Below are positions 57,993 through 64,000 of a stretch of DNA of 64,000 bases, in pieces. Each line of letters starts with the position of its first letter. Position 1 is the stretch's first letter. Under the pieces are notes generated by a model, which saw nothing but the letters and a program-made list of their open reading frames with translations, was not told where the DNA came from and ran no database searches. Both the position numbers and the translations under genes were made by a program. Source of the stretch: an uncultured bacterium (lineage in GTDB: Bacteria > Babelota > Babeliae > Babelales > Babelaceae); contig CAWKFG010000001.1 in the NCBI GenBank assembly GCA_963848965.1, forward strand, positions 512,001-576,000. The letters run 5' to 3'.

Positions 57993-59513
57993 ATGTCTAT
58001 AAAACAACTTGGTCGTATACTTGTATTTTTATCTATAGGATCATTTGTTTATTCTATGGAGCCGGTAGATACGACGCCGGTAAGTCCTAAGGTGCATAGA
58101 CCGTTCCTTACTATTGAAGATATGAGGGAATGGAGACAGAATGCATCGATAAGAAAAGAGATAGCTAAAGCAGAAAGTTTGAAGTTGAAAGCTCTTAAAG
58201 CAGGGATTAACGCGTTAACTCCTGCAGAGGCGTTGCGCAAAGTTAACCAAGAGTTTGAGCATGCCAAAGGTGTTATAGTTGCTTGTGATAGAGTGCCTAA
58301 GAATACGTCTTCAAAGCAGACTGAGCTTGAAAAGCAAAGACAGGAGCTTGTTAAAATTAAGAGAGTATTTGATGATACTCCTGATATGTATGTTTATGCA
58401 CAAGAGCATGAGCAGGCTTTGTATGCGCAGTTAGTACCAGACATGATTACGCTTATAGAGCTTGGTGTGCAGTTAACAGAATTAACTAAGCGTGGGGTAG
58501 TCTTTGAAAAGTTGGCAACTGAATTTCAGGGTAAGCTTTCTGTTTTAATAGAAAATTATAATAAGGTAATTCGTTCTTTTGATCAATTTCTTAAGAAAGA
58601 GATGGCTGATTTAGAAACGGCACTTGTTCGTAAAGAGCAAGAGGTTCAGAAAGAAGCTGCTGCTGTTGAGACTATGCAAGAAGGTATAAGAGCTCGTAAA
58701 GAGCAAATCACAAAAGGGTTTAAGGTACAAAAAAACGCTCGTGCGATTTCAAATAACCTTGAACCGCAGCTTAAGCAAGCAGAGGCAAAGAAAGAGCACT
58801 CAGTACAACAATGTGCGATATTGTTTCATAGCTTTAAACAAAGCTTACAAAATTATGCTCAAAAGCAAACATATTGGGCTATTAATGATGTAGGTGCATT
58901 ACTTAATGCTATGATTGCACAGCTTGATAAAGAGTTTATAATAAGGGCATTTAATAGACTTGAAGCTGATCAAGCTCTAAGAAATATGGTAGGAACGGCT
59001 ATAGAACGATTTAAAGCAATTCCAGGCCTTTATGAAGGGCTTATGAGAACGCTTCAGAATTATTTGCTGCTTATATGTTCTCCAGATCTAGCACCGAGAG
59101 CAAAGGGTTATGAATGGGAGATTACAGTTGCTTGCTGGCTTTATAAGACGCTTGTTGAGCATCAAGATACAATGCGTATGAATTCTATGAAGAGCTTGCG
59201 TTCAAGAGATTTTTCACGTGAATTTGATATTGTTCTTGAAGAGCAAAGGGTGCTTATTGAGTGTAAGAATCGTCATTGGCATACTACTCATTTTAGTAAG
59301 ATTCATCAGCAATTTTTAGATCAAAAGGAAATTGCTCAAGAGTTGAAGTATTTGTTTATGATTGTTTCTCGCCATACATTAGATTATGAGATGAGAAGGT
59401 TTCTTCGTCAAAAAGATATTCTCTATCTTGAGCCGGGAACATCACTCGAGCTTTCTATTCTTAAAGAGCCGTGCAATACATTGTATACAGATACCTATTG
59501 TACACATAAATAA
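57993..59513 (+). CDS. Exported coiled-coil protein with C-terminal PD-(D/E)XK nuclease-like domain
   Basis: VYS|MEP; KGYEWE...REFDIV...LIECKN. Confidence 0.65.
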   Translation: MSIKQLGRILVFLSIGSFVYSMEPVDTTPVSPKVHRPFLTIEDMREWRQNASIRKEIAKAESLKLKALKAGINALTPAEALRKVNQEFEHAKGVIVACDRVPKNTSSKQTELEKQRQELVKIKRVFDDTPDMYVYAQEHEQALYAQLVPDMITLIELGVQLTELTKRGVVFEKLATEFQGKLSVLIENYNKVIRSFDQFLKKEMADLETALVRKEQEVQKEAAAVETMQEGIRARKEQITKGFKVQKNARAISNNLEPQLKQAEAKKEHSVQQCAILFHSFKQSLQNYAQKQTYWAINDVGALLNAMIAQLDKEFIIRAFNRLEADQALRNMVGTAIERFKAIPGLYEGLMRTLQNYLLLICSPDLAPRAKGYEWEITVACWLYKTLVEHQDTMRMNSMKSLRSRDFSREFDIVLEEQRVLIECKNRHWHTTHFSKIHQQFLDQKEIAQELKYLFMIVSRHTLDYEMRRFLRQKDILYLEPGTSLELSILKEPCNTLYTDTYCTHK

Positions 59514-59525
59514 GGTAAGGCAGTA

Positions 59526-60242
59526 CTAAAGTGCTGCCTTATCATTTTTTAAAGCTACCGATTCTGTTGGTAGTTTGTTTTTTGATAATTTATCAGCAAG
59601 GCGAGTTGGTTCTGGTAATCGGTAGCCTTTGCTGCAGGCAAGTACATACTTGATACTTGTTTCAAGGCTTATAAGGTGACCTACTGAGATAAACAAAGGA
59701 GCTACGTTTGTTCGTGTACGTACTACAGCTCCAATACATTCTCCTTTACCTACAAGTGGTACCCAAGAGCCAGCTTGTTTGCCTAAGCACTGTTCATCAA
59801 ACTTTCCTGTAAGTAGCGATTTTCCGCAGCCAATAGTAGGTATACTGAGCCAGAGGCCAAGATGTGAAGCGATACCAATCCGTCTTGGATGAGCTATGCC
59901 CATACCGTCAACCATAATAAGGTCTGGCTTCTGCTGAAGCTTTGCAAATGCTCCTAGCATAGAGGGTATTTCTCGAAAGGAAAGGAGGCCTGGTATGTAA
60001 GGCATACGTAAAGGCTCTTCATGAACATGGTATTCTATCATGCGTAACTCTGGATAAGAAAGCAAAACAACTGCAGCTCGAGCCATATTTTTTTCTTGAG
60101 TAAGTGCTACATCTATGCCAGCTATAGTACGTACCTCTGTTATAGTATCCTTACAGATGATCTGCTTTGCCAATTCTCGTTGAAGGGCAATAGCTTGTTG
60201 CTCTGTGAGATTCCAGGTATGCAATGGCAGTTTTGTGTTCAT
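59526..60242 (-). CDS. nfi: Endonuclease V
   Basis: IAGIDVA, PYIPGLLSFRE, MVDGMGIAHPRRIGIASHLG, PTIGCGKS, YRLPEPTRLAD. Confidence 0.96.
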   Translation of the reverse strand: MNTKLPLHTWNLTEQQAIALQRELAKQIICKDTITEVRTIAGIDVALTQEKNMARAAVVLLSYPELRMIEYHVHEEPLRMPYIPGLLSFREIPSMLGAFAKLQQKPDLIMVDGMGIAHPRRIGIASHLGLWLSIPTIGCGKSLLTGKFDEQCLGKQAGSWVPLVGKGECIGAVVRTRTNVAPLFISVGHLISLETSIKYVLACSKGYRLPEPTRLADKLSKNKLPTESVALKNDKAAL

Positions 60243-60281
60243 TCTAAAACTCCAGTAAGCACGTAAATCAGGCCTTTTTTA

Positions 60282-61370
60282 TTAACACTGGTGTCCGTAG
60301 CCGCCAGATGATGCCCAGGGTCTTCTACATCTCCAGCAGAATTCATGTTTACAATGTTTACAGGTCATATGATTGCATCCTTGATTCTTTTCGATCATAG
60401 CTCTACAAGAAGGACAACGTTGGGCGCCGAATTTTTGAGCATATTCATCAACAACATCTTGTGCGCACTCACTGTTATTTCCAAAAGGAGAGCTTTTATG
60501 TGGGTGTAAGCAGCGAGCACAGTATGTTTGCTTGCATTTTTGACAATTTATTTCGATTGCAGCATCCCATTCATAAATAAAAGCGAAACCGCATTTAGGG
60601 TTTGGGCAGTATTTGAGACCAGGTGTTTTTTTAAGTGTCTGCTCAAGTACAATGGTATCAAATTCTTCTAGCTCTTGTTTATTTTGTAGAATCAGTTCAA
60701 GATCTTGACGGGTATGTTCTTGTCTACATCCGAACTGAGGGCATAATGGAATTTCTTTATTTCTTTTGGAGACCATAAAGTGAGCATTAAGACATTCTCT
60801 GCAGTAGATGTGACCGCAGTGTAATCTTATTGCATCTGGTCTTGCTATGCGAGGGTTAAAGCAAATGTGACATACAAAGTACTCTTGTGCATAATTAAAT
60901 TGAGGACGCTCTGCAAAGATGTTATCAGTATGTTGACGAGCTGGTGCTGCAGGTCGTGCAATGTCAGGATTTTCAGTGTAAGTATGAGGGCGAGCTGCGG
61001 GTTCTTCAGGCATTGAAGATTGACGAGCAGCAGGTTCTGCAGCTCGTGCAGTAGCAGCGTCCTCAGTAAAGTGGTTATGAGTATAAGGGTGAGCTGTTGG
61101 TTCTGCAGGCATTGAAGATTGAGGATTTTCAGTAGGGGAGCCGTAGGCAGTAGATGGTCTGGGAGTAGATTCTTGTTGTTTTCTCTTTTTTATAAGGGAA
61201 TGTAATACAATACCAGCACATACGGAGCCCAGAATAAGTGCTACTATATGTCTTTTTGATGAAGTTCTCTTTCTTACTGTTTGTTCGTGTACTGTTGGTA
61301 ATGGGATAGTAGTACCTCCTATACTTATAAGAATAACAAAAGTGCTTGCTCTCAGGGTGGCTCTTTTCAT
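60282..61370 (-). CDS. RING-between-RING (RBR) E3 ubiquitin ligase homolog, membrane-anchored
   Basis: RING1 CHIC..CGHIYCREC..CPQFGC; IBR CPNPKC..CQKC..CARC..H; RING2 CPSCRAMIEKNQGCNHMTCKHCKHEFCWRC; two N-terminal hydrophobic segments. Confidence 0.9.
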   Translation of the reverse strand: MKRATLRASTFVILISIGGTTIPLPTVHEQTVRKRTSSKRHIVALILGSVCAGIVLHSLIKKRKQQESTPRPSTAYGSPTENPQSSMPAEPTAHPYTHNHFTEDAATARAAEPAARQSSMPEEPAARPHTYTENPDIARPAAPARQHTDNIFAERPQFNYAQEYFVCHICFNPRIARPDAIRLHCGHIYCRECLNAHFMVSKRNKEIPLCPQFGCRQEHTRQDLELILQNKQELEEFDTIVLEQTLKKTPGLKYCPNPKCGFAFIYEWDAAIEINCQKCKQTYCARCLHPHKSSPFGNNSECAQDVVDEYAQKFGAQRCPSCRAMIEKNQGCNHMTCKHCKHEFCWRCRRPWASSGGYGHQC

Positions 61371-61442
61371 AAAATTCCTTTATCTACAAGTGAACTCCGC
61401 AATTCAGCTTATATTCCTAACGCATTTGACGAAGAAGGCTTT

Positions 61443-62387
61443 TTAGCCAAAGAAGCAGTTATGTCCGTATGATGTCCAGCGGGCTCCGCAGGTCCAGCAA
61501 AACTCATATTTGCATTGTTGGCAGGTCATATGAGGACATCCGCCATTCTTTTCAATCATAGCTTTGCAAGCAGGGCATCGTTTAGCGCCAGCTTTTTGAG
61601 CAAACTTATCAACTGTATCTTGTGGACATCCACCATTTCCGAAAAGATTTGCCCAGAAAGAGTTACTATGCGGTTGTAAACAACGAGCGCAGTAGGTCTG
61701 CTGACACTTTTGACAGGTCATGTCAGTTGCTATATTACATTCATTAATAAAAGCGAAACCGCATTTAGGATTTGGGCAGTATTTGAGGCCGCGTACCTTT
61801 TTAAGTCCCTCTTCTGCTGCTATGTTATCAAATTCTGAAAGATCTTTTTTGTCCGGTAGAGTTTTTTCTAGATCTTCTCGTGTACACTCACGTCTGCAGC
61901 CAACTTGAGGACATCGTGGTAGATTTTTATCTTTCTTAGATATATTAATATGACCATTAAGGCAATCTCTGCAGAAGCTATGACCGCAGTGTAATCTTAC
62001 TATATCTTCTTTAGCTACTCGATAGTCAAAGCAAATACTACAATAATGATAATTTCCATAATTATAGTAATTATTTGAGTAAGGATCGTTAATCCTTTGC
62101 CCTTTAGCAAAGTAGTCATCAGGATTGGGACGAGCAGAGGGTTCTGGTGCTGTAGCATTTGCAAATTTTTGCTGCTTTACCTTTTTTACAAGGTAATGAA
62201 GTGCAATACCCGCACATATAGAGCCAATGATCCAGGCTGCTATGCGTTTAGTAGAGCGTGTTTTTTTAGCTGGTTTTTCTTCCGTTGGAGTTAATAGGGG
62301 ATCTGAGTCAGATGGTGCTGGGGCGGTAGTAAATACCATGCTTGCAAGGATGATAAAGATAAATGGTCTAAGAGTTGTTTTTTTCAT
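61443..62387 (-). CDS. RBR E3 ubiquitin ligase homolog, paralog
   Basis: CSIC..CGHSFCRDC..CPQVGC; CPNPKC..CQKC..CARC; CPACKAMIEKNGGCPHMTCQQCKYEFCWTC. Confidence 0.9.
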   Translation of the reverse strand: MKKTTLRPFIFIILASMVFTTAPAPSDSDPLLTPTEEKPAKKTRSTKRIAAWIIGSICAGIALHYLVKKVKQQKFANATAPEPSARPNPDDYFAKGQRINDPYSNNYYNYGNYHYCSICFDYRVAKEDIVRLHCGHSFCRDCLNGHINISKKDKNLPRCPQVGCRRECTREDLEKTLPDKKDLSEFDNIAAEEGLKKVRGLKYCPNPKCGFAFINECNIATDMTCQKCQQTYCARCLQPHSNSFWANLFGNGGCPQDTVDKFAQKAGAKRCPACKAMIEKNGGCPHMTCQQCKYEFCWTCGARWTSYGHNCFFG

Positions 62388-62527
62388 ATAATTTCCTTTT
62401 CCTTCAAATGCTGTTTAGTAGAGATAGAGTCTTATATGTAGTTTACTTTAGCATACCCTCCTAGTATAATTCACCAAAATCCTTCTGCAAGTGCTCTTCT
62501 TTTACAAGAAAATTGCCGTGAGCTAAA

Positions 62528-62591
62528 AATATTATTTCATTTTTGGTGTCATTATTGAAATAATATTCTATACTGAAAGATATTATTTCAT
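62528..62591. promoter_or_regulatory. Operator-like repeats upstream of fic gene
   Basis: AATATTATTTCA (62528) and TGAAATAATATT (62556) inverted pair, third copy at 62580, around TATACT at 62569. Confidence 0.5.
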
Positions 62592-62624
62592 TTGGGACAT
62601 TATTTTTGAAATGAGGCTAGTTTT

Positions 62625-63752
62625 ATGCGTAATACAGGGCATTATGAAGTTATTGGAAACACGGAATACTTTATACCCGACCATTTACCTCCAAAAGATC
62701 CGCCATTGGTAATGGATGCAGAGATAATAGTGCTTTTTGGAGATGCTATGCTGGAGCTGGGTAAACTTAATGAGATGACAAAAAGGTTGCCAGATGATGA
62801 GCGTTTTATAAAGGCATATATTATTAAGGAAGCGCTCCTTTCGTCTTCTATTGAAGGTATTCATACAACACTTGTAGATATTTTTACACAACCGCTTTTA
62901 GAATCAAAGCCGAGTAAGGATACGCAGTTGGTAATGAATTATACAAAAGCGCTTTCTGTAGCGCTTGCGATGATTCAAAAAGAAGAACTGCCTATTTCTT
63001 CTCGTGTTATTTTGAAAGCACATGAAGCTTTGATGCAAACGGGGACCGGTAGTAAGTCTGATCCTGGAAATTATCGAAAGCAATCAGTAAAGGTGGGCAA
63101 TCTTATACCGCCACCACCAATGCGGATTCCTGGCCTCATGGCAGAGCTTGAGCGGTATATGAATGAAGATGAAGCGTTGCCGGTGCTTATTAGAGCAGGT
63201 CTTGCGCATGTCCAATTTGAAGAGATTCATCCATTTTTAGATGGCAATGGTCGTATTGGCAGACTTTTAATTGTTTTAATGCTTGTGCAAAAGGGGATTT
63301 TATCAGAGCCAATATTATATCCTTCTTATTACTTTAAGAAGTACCATTTTGAGTATTATCAACGGTTAGATCGCGTAAGAACGCATGGCGATTTCGAAGG
63401 TTGGATTAAATTCTATCTTGCTGCAGTACGAGAAAGTAGTATTGATGCTCATCGACGTGCAAAGGATATAGAGTTATTAGAAGAAAACTTAGCTTTTATT
63501 ATTAAAAACGAAAAACGTTTTAGTGCTAAAATGAGAGAATTAAGACTTCAGGCGCTTGCTCTTCTGTTTGGCTATCCGATTATTAGTATAGGCGAATTAA
63601 GTGCACAACTTGGTGTATCATATAATACTGCAAGCCAAATTATAACTAATTTTGTTGAGCTTGGGTTTCTTGTAGAAGAGACGCAGCAAAAACGAGGACG
63701 CTTATTTAAATTTAAACCATATCTTGATGTGCTTGAACGAGAATATAAGTAG
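62625..63752 (+). CDS. Fic family protein with N-terminal inhibitory motif and C-terminal HTH
   Basis: HPFLDGNGRIGR catalytic motif; SSSIEG; ISIGELSAQLGVSYNTASQII. Confidence 0.93.
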   Translation: MRNTGHYEVIGNTEYFIPDHLPPKDPPLVMDAEIIVLFGDAMLELGKLNEMTKRLPDDERFIKAYIIKEALLSSSIEGIHTTLVDIFTQPLLESKPSKDTQLVMNYTKALSVALAMIQKEELPISSRVILKAHEALMQTGTGSKSDPGNYRKQSVKVGNLIPPPPMRIPGLMAELERYMNEDEALPVLIRAGLAHVQFEEIHPFLDGNGRIGRLLIVLMLVQKGILSEPILYPSYYFKKYHFEYYQRLDRVRTHGDFEGWIKFYLAAVRESSIDAHRRAKDIELLEENLAFIIKNEKRFSAKMRELRLQALALLFGYPIISIGELSAQLGVSYNTASQIITNFVELGFLVEETQQKRGRLFKFKPYLDVLEREYK

Positions 63753-64000
63753 TGTTTTGACGATTGGATATTTTGGGTAGCAGTTCCAATTTATTTTTGT
63801 CGCATAATTTTTATAAACATGCTTTTAGAGCATTTATTTTATTTAAGAAGCGTTGGAATGTGGTGTAGGTTCTATAAATGTCAGGGCTAAAAAATATTAT
63901 TACTTTTGATGCATAATTTTGTAAGCGCGCAAAATAATATAGAAAAGGGCTTTTGCAAGGACATGAAGTCAGTCTTTGTTTCTCCAATTTTCTAGAGAGA

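Noticed and set aside
61005..61125. Direct repeat CAGGCATTGAAGATTGA
   Set aside because: Intragenic duplication in the Pro-rich linker of the RBR gene (QSSMP twice), not a mobile-element signature

Overview
AT-rich bacterial chromosomal window, most consistent with an obligate intracellular parasite of protists; gene content suggests Candidatus Dependentiae/TM6 (Babeliae), which is an inference. A thin housekeeping backbone (ileS, rplI-dnaB-ruvC, dnaN-recF, dcd, nfi, a zwf homolog) is embedded in about 30 ORFs with Sec-type signal peptides, many carrying eukaryote-like domains: ankyrin, WD40, Sel1/TPR, MYND, J-domain, a ubiquitin-fold protein and two complete RING-between-RING (RBR) E3 ligases. 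Main observations: (1) in 15 exported ORFs the predicted signal-peptidase site is immediately followed by Met, and in 4 more by Gly-Gly, so mature proteins would have eukaryote-like N-termini; (2) a putative ubiquitin-hijacking kit (2 membrane-anchored RBR ligases, a ubiquitin-like protein, 3 F-box-like ankyrin proteins); (3) an operon of signal peptide/bipartite NLS/coiled-coil/WD40 proteins; (4) unannotated non-coding elements: an orphan TnpB omegaRNA/right-end-like structure, a four-hairpin sRNA with a consensus promoter and covarying stems, a candidate anti-SD sRNA, and two leader-peptide-like sORFs. No rRNA, tRNA, CRISPR array or intact transposase was seen. The ORF track labels 30134..31069 as +, but the sequence shows it is on the minus strand.
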